A stretch of 64,000 nt of DNA from Nitrospirota bacterium (GCA_963845245.1 CAWJRJ010000016.1:64001-128000), one strand, 5' to 3'; positions 32,889 through 43,712 are shown, counted from the first letter of the stretch. Made by a program: numbers and translations. The notes: generated from the letters alone by a model not told the origin.

Positions 32889-34034
32889 ATGACAGAGAAA
32901 ATCGTTGGAACCGAAGTCTACAGCCCCGGCCTGGAAGGGGTAATCGCGGGCGAGACGTCGATAAGCGAGATAGACGAGGCGCGGGCGAGCCTTACATACC
33001 GGGGATACGACATACGTGAACTGGCCGTAAAGTCGACCTACGAGGAGACCGCGTATCTTTTATTGTACGGCAGGCTCCCGAGTGCATCGGAACTGAAGGA
33101 GTTCGAAGCGACCATAAGGGCGGAGCGCTCAGTGCCGGGCGAGGTGGTGGACCTGCTCAGGAGGATACCGCGGACTTCGCACTCGATGGACATCCTGCGT
33201 ACCGGAGCGTCCATACTTGGCCTGTATGACCCCGAAGCCTGGGACAACTCGCACGCAGCCAACCTCAGGAAGGCCGTGCGTATTATAGCGAAAATGCCCA
33301 CCCTGGTCGCTCTCGGCTACAGGCTGCCCCACAGGTTGAGGCCGGTCGAGCCGAGAGACGACCTGAATGCCGCCGAAAACTTCCTTTATATGCTGCACGG
33401 GAAGAAGCCTGAAGGGCCGGAAGGGCAGATATTCGACGCCTCGCTTATCGTCTATGCCGAGCACGAATACAATGCCTCGTCTTTCTCGGCGATGGTAACG
33501 GTATCCACTCTTTCAGACATACATTCCGGAATTACCGCCGCTATTGGGGCACTGAAGGGGTCACTGCACGGGGGCGCCAACGAGGCCGTTATGAAGATGC
33601 TCCTTGATATGGGTACGCCGGACAAGGCGGAAAAGTGGGTGATGGACGCGCTCGCACGAAAGGAGCGCATAATGGGCTTCGGCCACCGTGTGTACAAGCA
33701 CGGAGACACCCGCGCCCCGATACTGCGTGAAGCCGGGAAGAAGATATGCGAGTTCGAGGGGTACTGCCGCTGGCACGAGATATCGCTAAAGGTGGAGGAT
33801 GTAGTCAAGCGGGAGAAAGGTCTGCTTCCGAACGTGGACTTCTACACGGCTTCTATATACTACCTGCTCGGCCTGCCACTTGAGACCTTCACACCGATAT
33901 TCGCCATGGCGCGCTCGGCAGGCTGGTGCAGCCATATAATAGAGCAGTTAGATGACAACAGGCTGATGAGACCCCGTTCGATATACACCGGGGAGAGGGG
34001 CAAGGAATACCTGCCGTTAGAGGAGCGGGGTTAG
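32889..34034 (+). CDS. Citrate / 2-methylcitrate synthase
   Basis: GLEGVIA, LTYRGYDI, AEHEYNAS, LHGGANE, MGFGHRVYK, PNVDFY. Confidence 0.92.
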   Translation: MTEKIVGTEVYSPGLEGVIAGETSISEIDEARASLTYRGYDIRELAVKSTYEETAYLLLYGRLPSASELKEFEATIRAERSVPGEVVDLLRRIPRTSHSMDILRTGASILGLYDPEAWDNSHAANLRKAVRIIAKMPTLVALGYRLPHRLRPVEPRDDLNAAENFLYMLHGKKPEGPEGQIFDASLIVYAEHEYNASSFSAMVTVSTLSDIHSGITAAIGALKGSLHGGANEAVMKMLLDMGTPDKAEKWVMDALARKERIMGFGHRVYKHGDTRAPILREAGKKICEFEGYCRWHEISLKVEDVVKREKGLLPNVDFYTASIYYLLGLPLETFTPIFAMARSAGWCSHIIEQLDDNRLMRPRSIYTGERGKEYLPLEERG

Positions 34035-34036
34035 GC

Positions 34037-34240
34037 TCAGGCCTTTTTTTCCTCGACCTTGGCTGTTTCCACAACCTCGGCCTTGACATCGGCTTTGCCC
34101 TCGGCCAGGGCCTTTTTGAATTCATTGATGCTCTTGCCGAGGCCGGAGCCGATCTGCGGCAGCTTGCCCGGGCCAAAGATGATCAGGGCAATAGCAAGGA
34201 TCAGGATCAGGTGCATGGGCTGTAAAAGACCTTCAAACAT
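34037..34240 (-). CDS. tatA: Twin-arginine translocase TatA
   Basis: [33 protein letters not shown]. Confidence 0.93.
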   Translation of the reverse strand: MFEGLLQPMHLILILAIALIIFGPGKLPQIGSGLGKSINEFKKALAEGKADVKAEVVETAKVEEKKA

Positions 34241-34329
34241 GTGGACCTCCAAAATTTAGAACTAAGACATTATAATCTATTTTAAGCCCGAAATAAACTG
34301 AAATATTGAACTGGTCGGGTATCCGTTTG

Positions 34330-34797
34330 TCAGCCCTTTAACACCTTGGTAATTACCCCAAAACCATACCCGCGTCTTCTTAGGTAATCGGTCAGCCGCC
34401 TCCTGGCCTTCTCCCGGTCGATGCCCTTCATCGACTCCATCTTCTTTTTGGCGATGCGGAGCGCGACCTCTTCTTCGTTTTCCGCGTCTTCGCTGCCGAA
34501 TAGCTCCTCGAGCCCGGCCTCGATGTCTGCTTCCGACACGCCCTTTCTTTTCAGCTCAAACCGAAGCCCATACCGGCTTAAGCCCTTGGTCTGTATGAGG
34601 TATCTTGCGTACGTGGTAGTGAACTTGCGGTCGTCGATGTAGCCGTAGCCTTTGAGTTCTTCGATAAGCTGGAAGATGTAGTCCTGACTGATTTCTTTTT
34701 TTTCGAGGTAGGAAACAAGCTCGGCCAGGCTTCTGGGCCTGGCCGTAAGGTAACGGTACGCCAGGTTTTTTGCCCTGGTATACCCTTTTTCTTCCAT
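34330..34797 (-). CDS. recX: RecX regulatory protein
   Basis: YLTARPRS..EL, GYIDDRKF, ELKRKGV, YLRRRGY; downstream of recA. Confidence 0.9.
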   Translation of the reverse strand: MEEKGYTRAKNLAYRYLTARPRSLAELVSYLEKKEISQDYIFQLIEELKGYGYIDDRKFTTTYARYLIQTKGLSRYGLRFELKRKGVSEADIEAGLEELFGSEDAENEEEVALRIAKKKMESMKGIDREKARRRLTDYLRRRGYGFGVITKVLKG

Positions 34798-35971
34798 TAG
34801 TCGCCCAGCCTGTCGATCTTGAATTCAGGCTCTTTAGGTGCGGCCGGTGGCGCGGTCGGGCTGTCGTCCCATGATAGGTCGGATGTGGAGGATACGCCTC
34901 GTATCTTTAGGGCGAAATCGTCCGGGTTGGAGCTTCGCCTTAGGGCCTCTTCGTAGGTTATGAGCCCTGACTTGTAAATAGCCCGAATAGCGACTGGTCG
35001 AAGGTCTGCATCCCGTACTGGGAGGTGCCGGCCGCTATGACGTCGTGTATATGCCTGGTCTTGTCCGGGTCGATGATGCACTCACGAACTGTCCCTGTGA
35101 CCACGAGCACTTCGCAGGCGGGCACGCGGCCGTTGCCGTCCGCGCGCGGCACGAGCCTCTGCGATATGACGCCCTTCAGGACGGACGCGAGCTGGAGGCG
35201 CACCTGTTTCTGCTGGTATGGAGGGAATACCGAGATTATCCTGTTTATCGTCTCCGTTGCGTCAACAGTGTGCAGGGTGGAGAGAACCAGGTGTCCGGTC
35301 TCGGCGGCGGTCAGGCCGACGCTTATGGTGTCGAAGTCGCGCATCTCGCCGACCAGTATGATGTCCGGGTCCTGCCTCATGGCCGAGCGCAGGGCAAGCG
35401 AGAACGACTCTGTGTCCATGCCTACTTCGCGCTGGTTGACGAGAGAGCGCTTGTCCCTGTGGAGGAACTCGATAGGGTCCTCGATCGTCATTATGTGTTC
35501 GGTGCGGGTGCTGTTTATGCTGTCTATGATCGATGCGAGCGTGGTCGACTTGCCGCTTCCGGTCGTGCCGGTGACAAGTATCATACCCCTGTTCTCCTCG
35601 GCGAGTTTGCCGATTACGGGAGGCAGGTTCAGCTCTTCGATACTCGCCATCTTTGTGGGTATCGCCCTCATGACAAGTCCGACCGTGCCGCGCTGCATGA
35701 AGACGTTTACCCTGAAGCGGCCGAGGCCCGGCACGCCGTAGGCGAAGTCCGACTCGTTCTTCTGCTTGAACTTGTCCTTCTGGGCCTGGCTCATCATGCT
35801 GAACGCGAGCTTGACGACGTCTTCCTGTGTAAGCCTCTTCTGCTCGACCATTGGGACGAGCCTGCCGTCGATGCGAAGCACGGGCGGGCTTCCGACCTTC
35901 AGGTGCAGGTCCGATGCGCGTCTTTCAACTGAAATCTTCAGTATGTCATTAATGTTTATTACTGGTTCCAT
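34797..35971 (-). CDS. pilT: PilT/PilU-family ATPase; frameshift near 34980
   Basis: ASDLHLKVG, GTTGSGKST, TIEDPIE, RQDPDIILVGEMRD, AETGHLV, GMQTFDQSL. Confidence 0.9.
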
Positions 35972-35979
35972 TTTTCACC

Positions 35980-37005
35980 TCACGCTACCGGTGCTGCGGG
36001 CAGCCCCGCCTTTTCCCTGACCTTTGCCTCGACTTCCGCAAGCGCCTCGGGATGGTCTTTCATGTAGCTCTTCACGTTCTCGCGGCCCTGCCCGATCCTG
36101 TCCCCGTTGTAGGAGTACCAGGCGCCTGCCTTGTCTATGATGGCCATGTTTACGCCGGCGTCTATTATCTCGCCAAGCTTCGATATCCCCTCGTTGAACA
36201 GTATATCAAACTCGGCCTGCTTGAATGGCGGGGCGACCTTGTTCTTGACCACCTTGACCCTCACCCGGTTGCCGGTGATTTCCTGGCCGTCCTTTATCGC
36301 CTCCGCCTTCCTGATATCCAGGCGCACCGATGCGTAGAACTTGAGCGCGTTGCCGCCCGTGGTCGTCTCCGGGTTGCCGTACACTATGCCTATCTTCATC
36401 CTTATCTGGTTTATGAAGATGACGGTGGTCATGGACTTGGATATGGTGGCCGTGAGCTTGCGCAGGGCCTGCGACATAAGCCTGGCCTGAAGGCCCATGT
36501 GTGAATCACCCATCTCGCCCTCTATCTCGGCCTTGGGCACCAGGGCCGCTACCGAGTCGACGACTACTATGTCGATCGCGCCGCTTCGCACAAGCGTCTC
36601 GGTGACTTCAAGGGCCTGTTCGCCGGTGTCCGGCTGGGATATGAGCAGGTCGTCGGTACTGACGCCCAGCTTCCTTGCATATGTGATGTCCAGCGCGTGC
36701 TCGGCGTCTATGAAGGCCGCGATGCCGCCCAGCTTCTGGCATTCGGCGATTGCGTTAAGCGCAAGCGTGGTCTTGCCGGAAGACTCAGGCCCGTAGATCT
36801 CTATTACCCTGCCTTTCGGGTAGCCGCCGACCCCAAGGGCGATGTCGAGCCCGAGCGAGCCTGTCGGGATGACCGCGACGTCCGGCACAGGCTCGTTGGA
36901 GCCCAGGCGCATTATGGAGCCCTTACCGAACTGCTTCTCTATCTGGGACACCGCAAGGTCAAGCGCCCTCAGTTTCTGGTCCCTCTCTGTCTTCTCGGCC
37001 ATCAT
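35980..37005 (-). CDS. recA: Recombinase RecA
   Basis: [37 protein letters not shown]. Confidence 0.99.
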   Translation of the reverse strand: MMAEKTERDQKLRALDLAVSQIEKQFGKGSIMRLGSNEPVPDVAVIPTGSLGLDIALGVGGYPKGRVIEIYGPESSGKTTLALNAIAECQKLGGIAAFIDAEHALDITYARKLGVSTDDLLISQPDTGEQALEVTETLVRSGAIDIVVVDSVAALVPKAEIEGEMGDSHMGLQARLMSQALRKLTATISKSMTTVIFINQIRMKIGIVYGNPETTTGGNALKFYASVRLDIRKAEAIKDGQEITGNRVRVKVVKNKVAPPFKQAEFDILFNEGISKLGEIIDAGVNMAIIDKAGAWYSYNGDRIGQGRENVKSYMKDHPEALAEVEAKVREKAGLPAAPVA

Positions 37006-37013
37006 GCTCTCCC

Positions 37014-37050
37014 TTTTCTTTGTGTTACTTTCTTTTTAAAAAGAAAGTAA
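37014..37050. repeat. T-tailed palindrome (family B) between thpR and recA
   Basis: TTTTCTTTGTG followed by the perfect 26-bp palindrome TTACTTTCTTTTTAAAAAGAAAGTAA. Confidence 0.65.
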
Positions 37051-37053
37051 TGG

Positions 37054-37627
37054 TTAGTCTTTGAATTTAATTTCATGTAATTGCGTATATACCGCACCCG
37101 ATGGTTTCAGCTCGCTCTTCATTATGGATACCGACTCCGCCTTGAACCCGCCGAGTTCCACGTTCTCGAAAGACTTGAGCGCGTCCATCAGGGCCTTGCT
37201 GCCTTTGGATGATTTGACCCGCCCGAGCGTCAGGTGAGGCTTGAACGGCCTGCCCTCCGGCTTGAAACCAAGCCCCTCGCATGCCGCGTCGACCTTCCTT
37301 GCAAGTTCGGCCATGGCGGCAATATCGCCGGCCAGCCCCAGCCATACAACCCTGGGCGCGTGTGCATTTGGGAATACCCCGGTGCCCTTCACCTCAATTG
37401 CAAGAGGCGCTTCGTCCTTTATTGCGGTTTCCAGCGCGGCAGCGAGCTTTGGTATCAGTCTGTGCCTCTACAGGCCCGAGGAACTTGAGTGTGAGGTGTA
37501 CTCCCTCAGGACGAGTCCAGCCGACGTCCGCGCCGGTCTTTCTAAGCGTACCCTGCACGTCGGCCATTGCCGCCTTTATGCCATCCGGTATCTCAATGGC
37601 TATGAATGTGCGGATAAGCTCACCCAT
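37054..37627 (-). CDS. thpR: RNA 2',3'-cyclic phosphodiesterase (2H family); frameshifted
   Basis: RTFIAI, HLTLKFLG and FKPHLTLGR in two frames. Confidence 0.9.
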
Positions 37628-38855
37628 GGTCACCTAGAAGGTATCGTCTCAACAAATCAAGCGCCCTCTGGCTTGTTGCCAGCCTGACGGCGTTCCTGTC
37701 GCCGGGGAAGTTGTAGCCTTTGACGCTTACCCCGTCCGGAGTAGCAAGTCCTATGAACACGAGCCCGACCGGTTTTGCGATAGTGCCTCCGGTCGGCCCT
37801 GCGATGCCTGTTATCGATATCCCGATCTTGGTTTTTGCCGAACGGCGTATGCCCTCAGCCATCTCCTGCGCGGTCTCTTTCGAGACAGCGCCGTAGTCCT
37901 TCAGGACCCTGGTTGAGACGCCCAGCATCTCCTCTTTTGCAAGGTTGGAGTATGTTATCGCCCCGCGTTCCATATAGGCGGAGCTTCCCGGCACGTCCGT
38001 GAGCCTCTTCGCGAGGAGCCCTCCGGTGCAGGACTCGGCTGTCGCCAGGGTTATCTTCTTTTCAGTCAGCAAACGGGCTACGATCTCTTCCATGTCTTCA
38101 TAGCCTGTGGTGTAGACATATTCACCAAGTTTTTCGTTGATGGCCTTTGTCGCATCTTTTAAAAGCGTCTCAGCCTTTCCGGCTGAACCGCCTGTAACCG
38201 TAATATCTATATCCACACCCTCGTATGACGAAGAAGTGGTAAGAGAGACATCGCTGCCGTCCATATCGTTGAGGGTTTTCCTTGCGGTGTCCTCGTCGAT
38301 GCCGTAACAGCGTATACGAGCTTGCCGCCTCCATAGCGATTGCCTGCGGCCTGCCGAAACGGTCTTGATTGCGTAAGCCGGCAGAGGGCGTTCTCCATTG
38401 AGGCCGGGCAAGAAAAAGAAAATGCGGCCAGACTTCTCCAGATAAAAACCGGTCGGTGTCCCTTCCCCGTCCTCATACGGTCTGGCTCCGGAAGGAAGCA
38501 GCGCCATCTTCTCTATGGCTGCCGAAATATCGGCACCGCGTGACGCGTGTGTGGATTTCAGCCGTTCAAGAAGCTCAGGATGAAACACCAGACGCTTCTC
38601 AAGCACCTTGGAGAGTGCCTTTTTCGCGATCTCCCCGGCATCCACGGTCTTCACTGCACCCGGGGCGCCGGTGATGAACAGGAAGGATGAGCGCTTCAGG
38701 GCAAGCTTGATCGCTTCCTCTACCTCGGCCTCTGACAGGCTGACCGCCGTTATAGAGCCAAGCGATATGCCCCATTCGGAAAGCGAGCCGGAGAGTCCAG
38801 CCCATCCGCACAGGCGCGCACCGCCCAGCCCGATTATCAGCGCCTCCGCCCTCAA
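37620..38855 (-). CDS. cinA: CinA family protein (NMN deamidase domain intact, N-domain degenerate)
   Basis: ATAESCTGG, VPGSSAY, YGAVS, TGIAGPTGG...KPVGLV. Confidence 0.88.
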   Translation of the reverse strand: MRAEALIIGLGGARLCGWAGLSGSLSEWGISLGSITAVSLSEAEVEEAIKLALKRSSFLFITGAPGAVKTVDAGEIAKKALSKVLEKRLVFHPELLERLKSTHASRGADISAAIEKMALLPSGARPYEDGEGTPTGFYLEKSGRIFFFLPGLNGERPLPAYAIKTVSAGRRQSLWRRQARIRCYGIDEDTARKTLNDMDGSDVSLTTSSSYEGVDIDITVTGGSAGKAETLLKDATKAINEKLGEYVYTTGYEDMEEIVARLLTEKKITLATAESCTGGLLAKRLTDVPGSSAYMERGAITYSNLAKEEMLGVSTRVLKDYGAVSKETAQEMAEGIRRSAKTKIGISITGIAGPTGGTIAKPVGLVFIGLATPDGVSVKGYNFPGDRNAVRLATSQRALDLLRRYLLGDHG

Positions 38856-39316
38856 AGGCCCGCCGCCTTCAGCAGGTGTAGGCTCAGGTTTGCGTATATA
38901 CCGGCGACGATATCGTCCAGCATTACGCCGAGGCCTCCATGCATGCGTTGGTCGATCCTTCTGGCCGGGAACGGTTTGACTATGTCAAAGAACCGGAACG
39001 CGAAAAAACCGACTATCAAATAAGGCCATGTGGCGGGTAGGAGGTAGAGGGTAACGAGCATCCCGGCGATTTCGTCCACCACTATCTTTCCGCTGTCTTG
39101 CTCGCCGTATATCTTCTCGGCCTCGCCTGCAGCCCAGACCCCTGCGATGAATATCGCGGCAGACAATATGACGTAGAGAGGGCCTCCGATATCACCCCCG
39201 TTTAGCGTGAAGGGAAAGGCGATTGCGAGCCCCAAAAGGCTGCCTGCGGTCCCGGGCGCGACGGGGAAATAGCCCGTGCCCAGTCCGGAGGATATGGCGA
39301 GTATTAATTTTCGCAT
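38852..39316 (-). CDS. pgpA: Phosphatidylglycerophosphatase A
   Basis: APGTAGS, DSGKIVVDEIAG, FRFFDIVKP, GVMLDDIVAG; start at MRKLIL. Confidence 0.93.
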   Translation of the reverse strand: MRKLILAISSGLGTGYFPVAPGTAGSLLGLAIAFPFTLNGGDIGGPLYVILSAAIFIAGVWAAGEAEKIYGEQDSGKIVVDEIAGMLVTLYLLPATWPYLIVGFFAFRFFDIVKPFPARRIDQRMHGGLGVMLDDIVAGIYANLSLHLLKAAGL

Positions 39317-39463
39317 AAATGATTTAAAAAACAGGATTATCTTATCATCGGGTGTAAAAGGTGTCAAGGACAAACGGGTCGTGCAGGGCCACTTAAGTAT
39401 TGACACGATGTTTTGGTAAATGCTAAAATTAAAACGATTTTTAGCTACAAGCAAGGGGAATTC

Positions 39464-40267
39464 ATGCCGTTCGTGTACAGCGAAATAAACGGGGTAGGTT
39501 TTTATGAGGTTTCGGCATGGGCCGGAGCGCGCGGTATCTTCACCACTCGCAAAGGAGGCCTGAGCCAGAAGCCTTTCGACTCCCTTAATTTGGGAGCAGG
39601 CGGGGGAGACGACCCTGGTGTCGTTGCAAAGAACCGGGCCCTGCTCGTCCAGACCCTGGGGCTTGGGGGCGAGATCAAGGCGGTAAGCCAGGTGCACGGA
39701 AACGATGTATATGTTTTGAAAGACCCGAAGGGGGCAAAGCCACTGAAGGGTTATGATGCGATAATAACCGTCCTGCGTGGCGTGCCTATCGGGGTGCTTA
39801 CCGCTGACTGCGTACCAATACTCCTTTATGACCCGATAAAAAAAGTGGTGGGCGCGGTACACGCGGGCTGGAAAGGCACGGTAGGAGGCATCCCGGCAAG
39901 GGCCGTTGAAGAAATGGCGGCCAATTTCGGCTGCCAGCCCTCGGACATACGCGCAAGCATCGGGCCTTCTATAGGGGCATGCTGTTACGAGGTCGATGAC
40001 AATGTCGTAGGGCCGCTCTGCAAGGAAATGAGCGGGTTCTGCGAAGACCTCATCTCGGCTTCGAGGCCGGGCCGCTGGCAGTTCGACCTCTGGAAGACGA
40101 ACCGCCGCGCGCTGCTGCTTGCGGGATTAAGGCCGGAGAACATAAACGTCTTTGGAGTCTGTACTTCCTGCAATACCGACAAGTTCTTCTCGCACAGAAG
40201 GAGCGGCGGCAGTACCGGAAGGATGTTTGCCATAGCACAGCTATTGGAAGACGGGGGGCGGGGATAA
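39464..40267 (+). CDS. pgeF: PgeF/YfiH family protein
   Basis: FTTRKGG, QVHG, TADCVP, HAGWKG, GPSIG.CCYEV, FFSHR. Confidence 0.92.
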   Translation: MPFVYSEINGVGFYEVSAWAGARGIFTTRKGGLSQKPFDSLNLGAGGGDDPGVVAKNRALLVQTLGLGGEIKAVSQVHGNDVYVLKDPKGAKPLKGYDAIITVLRGVPIGVLTADCVPILLYDPIKKVVGAVHAGWKGTVGGIPARAVEEMAANFGCQPSDIRASIGPSIGACCYEVDDNVVGPLCKEMSGFCEDLISASRPGRWQFDLWKTNRRALLLAGLRPENINVFGVCTSCNTDKFFSHRRSGGSTGRMFAIAQLLEDGGRG

Positions 40268-40272
40268 ATAAC

Positions 40273-40431
40273 ATGGATACTGCGCAGGACAAGAAGGGTT
40301 TTCTGGAGAGGCACCCCTGGGTGCTGCCGGCAGTGCTTGGGCTCTATGTTCTTCTGCTTGCTGTCGGCACCATAGGGGAGGTCTTTGATATACAGTGGAT
40401 CAAGGACCTGCCGATATACAAGGGGCCATAG
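40273..40431 (+). CDS. Small single-TM protein (52 aa), not in the ORF track
   Basis: MDTAQDKKGFLERHPWVLPAVLGLYVLLLAVGTIGEVFDIQWIKDLPIYKGP; fills the pgeF-yggS gap exactly. Confidence 0.7.
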   Translation: MDTAQDKKGFLERHPWVLPAVLGLYVLLLAVGTIGEVFDIQWIKDLPIYKGP

Positions 40432-40434
40432 CAT

Positions 40435-41131
40435 TTGGGTATCTCCGAGAACCTGAATGGTGTCATATCGCGGATACGGGCCGCCGCGCTAAAGGCGGGC
40501 AGGGACCCAGGCCATATCAGGCTGGTCGTAGTCTCGAAGACGGTCGGGCCGGATAAGGTGATGGAGGCGGTCTCCGCTGGCGCTGTCATCCTGGGCGAGA
40601 ACCGGGTGCAGGAGGCGGCTGCAAAGATGGAGGCGCTCACAGGCCGCATACCGGCGGGCGTGGAGTGGCACCTCATCGGCACCCTCCAGAAGAACAAGGC
40701 GAGACATGCGGTCGGGGTCTTCGCGCTGATACATTCCGTCGACAGCGTTGAGCTTGCGCGCGAGATCGACCGCCAGGCGGCAAAGCGCGGGCTGGTGCAG
40801 GATATCCTGCTTGAATTGAACATTGCGGGCGAGGCGAGCAAGCACGGGTTTGCGCCGGATGATGCGAAGGCTGCGGCAAAAGAAGTCTCGGCCCTTGAAA
40901 AACATAAGCCTCAAAGGGTTGATGTGCGTGCCTCCGTTCACGGACGACCCGGAGGATTCGCGGCCTTTTTTCATAGAGATGCGCGGGCTTCTGGCGGAAA
41001 TAAACGGTATGGGGCTTAACCTCACCGAGCTTTCGATGGGGATGACACAGGACTATGAGATCGCCGTTCAGGAGGGCGCGACGCTTGTAAGGGTCGGCAC
41101 CGCAATCTTCGGCGCGAGGAGTTACGCATAA
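40435..41131 (+). CDS. yggS: YggS/PLPBP PLP homeostasis protein; frameshift near 40900
   Basis: VVSKT, GENRVQE, WHLIGTLQKNK, LSMGMT.DY, VRVGTAIFG. Confidence 0.94.
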
Positions 41132-41943
41132 TGCAAAAGAAAGTTGCTTTCATAGGCGCGGGCAACATGGCCGAGGCGATGGTCAAGGGGCTCATCATGT
41201 CCGGCCTTCTCACGAAGGACGATATCGTCGTTTCCGACTCGTCAGCCCACAGGCTCCTTCACATGAAGAAGAACTACGAGACCCATGCGGTTCACGAAAA
41301 CGCGGCGGCTGCGAAGGGCAGGGACATAATAATACTCGCGGTGAAGCCCAAGGACATGGCAAAGGTGCTTAAAGAGATTGCGCCTTCGGTCACGGGCAAA
41401 CAGCTGATCGTATCCATCGCGGCGGGGGTTACTATCGAAAGCATAGAGAAGGCGCTCGGCAAGAAGGCGAGGGTGGTGCGGGTGATGCCCAATACTCCGG
41501 CTCTGGTGCAGGAGGGCGCGGCGGCGGCGTTCGCTGGGCAAAACTGCAAGCCGGACGATCTTGAAACGGCGAAGATGCTGCTCTCGGCTGTGTGCAAGGT
41601 TGTAGTGGCAGTGGGTGATGAGAAGCTCATGGACGCGGTCACCGGCCTTTCAGGCAGCGGGCCGGCGTATGTATTCCTGATGCTTGAGGCGCTCTCCGAC
41701 GCCGGGGTGCGTGTGGGCCTGGGCCGGGAGGAGTCGTTCACGCTTGCCGCCCAGACGATGATAGGCTCGGCACACATGGCGATGCAGACGAGGGAGCCGC
41801 TCTCGAAGCTCAAGGACATGGTAACTTCACCCGGCGGCACGACCATTGCCGGGCTTCAGAAGCTTGAGGAGGGCGGCGTGCGCGCGGCGCTGTTCGCTGC
41901 CGTAGAAGCCGCAACCAAACGTTCACAGGAACTAGGGAAGTAG
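41131..41943 (+). CDS. proC: Pyrroline-5-carboxylate reductase
   Basis: FIGAGNM, RVMPNTP, SGSGPAY, VTSPGGTT. Confidence 0.97.
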   Translation: MQKKVAFIGAGNMAEAMVKGLIMSGLLTKDDIVVSDSSAHRLLHMKKNYETHAVHENAAAAKGRDIIILAVKPKDMAKVLKEIAPSVTGKQLIVSIAAGVTIESIEKALGKKARVVRVMPNTPALVQEGAAAAFAGQNCKPDDLETAKMLLSAVCKVVVAVGDEKLMDAVTGLSGSGPAYVFLMLEALSDAGVRVGLGREESFTLAAQTMIGSAHMAMQTREPLSKLKDMVTSPGGTTIAGLQKLEEGGVRAALFAAVEAATKRSQELGK

Positions 41944-41979
41944 CGCCCCCTCAGTTGATATCGTATTCCGGAGGGTAGT

Positions 41980-42276
41980 ATGTTTGTTTTCGGGAACCTG
42001 CTTCAAGCCGTAGCCAGCGTGCTGGATTTCCTCCTTACGGCCTACATGTACATCGTGATAATAAGCGCGCTCCTGTCATGGGTGAACCCCGACCCGTACA
42101 ACCCCATTGTCAGGTTCCTCTATGGCGCGACCGAGCCGGTGTTCCGTGTCATAAGGCGCAAGCTGCCGATGAACATGGGGATAGATTTTTCTCCGTTGAT
42201 AGTCATCGCGGCAATCTACTTTACCAAGATATTTGTCGTTAAGACGCTGATGGACTTCTCATACAGGATGCATTAG
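41980..42276 (+). CDS. yggT: YggT family membrane protein
   Basis: SWVNPDPYNPIV...TEP...DFSP. Confidence 0.92.
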   Translation: MFVFGNLLQAVASVLDFLLTAYMYIVIISALLSWVNPDPYNPIVRFLYGATEPVFRVIRRKLPMNMGIDFSPLIVIAAIYFTKIFVVKTLMDFSYRMH

Positions 42277-42285
42277 GAGGACCAA

Positions 42286-42745
42286 TTGAATATCAGCCCC
42301 TTGGACATAAAGCAGAAGCAGTTCAAGCTTGAGTTTCGCGGCTTCGACAAGAACGAGGTGGACAGCTTCCTCGAAGAGATAACCACCGAGATGGAGAACC
42401 TTGTCCGCGAGAACGAGGCCCTCAAAGAGGAGAAAGAGAAGCTGGAGGCGCAGGTAGCTGGATTACAGGCAGTCCGAGAAGGGCCTCAGAGACACCCTGA
42501 TGACCGCCAACAAGATGGTCGAGGACATGAAGTCCGCATCCGAGCGCGACTCCCAGATGAAGATCAAAGAGGCCGAGATGCAGGCAGAGAAGATAGTTAT
42601 GGAGGCCCGCCAGCAGCTTGCCAAGGTCGAGGCCGAGATAGCGGAGATGAACCGAATAAAGGAGCGGTTCAACCTCAAGATAAAGGGCGTCATAGAAGAC
42701 CACCTGAAGATGCTCTCCTACGAGGAACGGCAGGAGGGCCGGTGA
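42286..42745 (+). CDS. divIVA: DivIVA domain protein; frameshift near 42460
   Basis: ISPLDIKQKQF..FRGFDKNEVDSFL plus coiled coil continuing in ORF 42500-42745. Confidence 0.88.
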
Positions 42746-43394
42746 CCGAAGGCCGCTTCCACAAAGTCCTGCTCGCGGTCCTCGCTTGTGTATTCCTCTG
42801 GTCGGCAATTAAACCGCACGACTACTTCACATGGTTCCTCGAAGTCGTCCCTGCCATCGTCGGGACGTCAATCCTTCTGGCCACCCGCAAAAAATTTCCG
42901 TTCACGCCGCTTGCATACTGCCTTATGGCCTTCTTCATGTGCATACTGATGGTGGGCGGGCATTACACATACGCCCTCGTACCCGCAGGGCGGTGGGTTA
43001 GCGACGCTACTGCATCTTCAAGCGCAACCACTTCGACAGGTTCGGCCATTTCTTCCAGGGCGTCATACCCGCAATCGTCGGACGCGAGCTGCTCCTTCGG
43101 AAGGGCGTTGTGAAAAAAAGGGGGTGGCTGTTCTTCATCTGTACCTGCATAGCCCTCGCGATCAGCGCGTGCTACGAGTTCGTCGAGTGGTGGACTTCGC
43201 TTGCCACCGGCACGGCAGGAGATGCGTTCCTCGGCACACAGGGCGACCCGTGGGACACCCAGTCGGACATGTTCATGGCCTTCATAGGCGCAATGATCTC
43301 CCAGCTTGTCCTCGGCAGATTGCACGACACCCAGCTTGAGGAGTTCATGGATACAGACGCCCCGCGCATCTATCCGTTCAAGGGCAGGGCGTGA
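42742..43394 (+). CDS. DUF2238 (YjdF) membrane protein; frameshifted
   Basis: WSAIKPHDYFTWFLE, GGHYTYA.VP, YEFVEW, FLGTQGDPWDTQSDM. Confidence 0.85.
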
Positions 43395-43676
43395 TAGAGG
43401 TCAAGGAAAACTGCCGACGGCGTAACATTCGCCGTGCGGGTCCTGCCGCGTTCGTCGCGGAATGAAATCGTCGGCGAGGCGGAAGGCGTACTCAAGATAA
43501 AGCTTACCGCACCGCCTGTCGAAGGCGCCGCCAACCAGGCGCTCGTCGAATTCCTATCCAAAAAACTCAAGGTCTCAAAATCCAGGATAAGCATCATCAC
43601 GGGGCAGACCGGCCGGTCTAAGGTCGTGGCGATTGAAGGGATTACCAAGGCGGATTTGTTAAGTTTGGTCGCTTAG
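43391..43676 (+). CDS. DUF167 (YggU) protein; frameshift near 43408
   Basis: VRVLPRSSR...APPVEGAAN...GQTGRSK. Confidence 0.88.
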
Positions 43677-43712
43677 GAAGACCGAGTAACTTTGTGAACG
43701 GCATAGGGACCT

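Noticed and set aside
38852..39862. 336-aa ORF as a long PgpA fusion
   Set aside because: The 5' half is antisense to pgeF; the real start is MRKLIL at 39316
42286..43113. DivIVA-DUF2238 fusion protein
   Set aside because: An artefact of a frameshift bridging two adjacent genes
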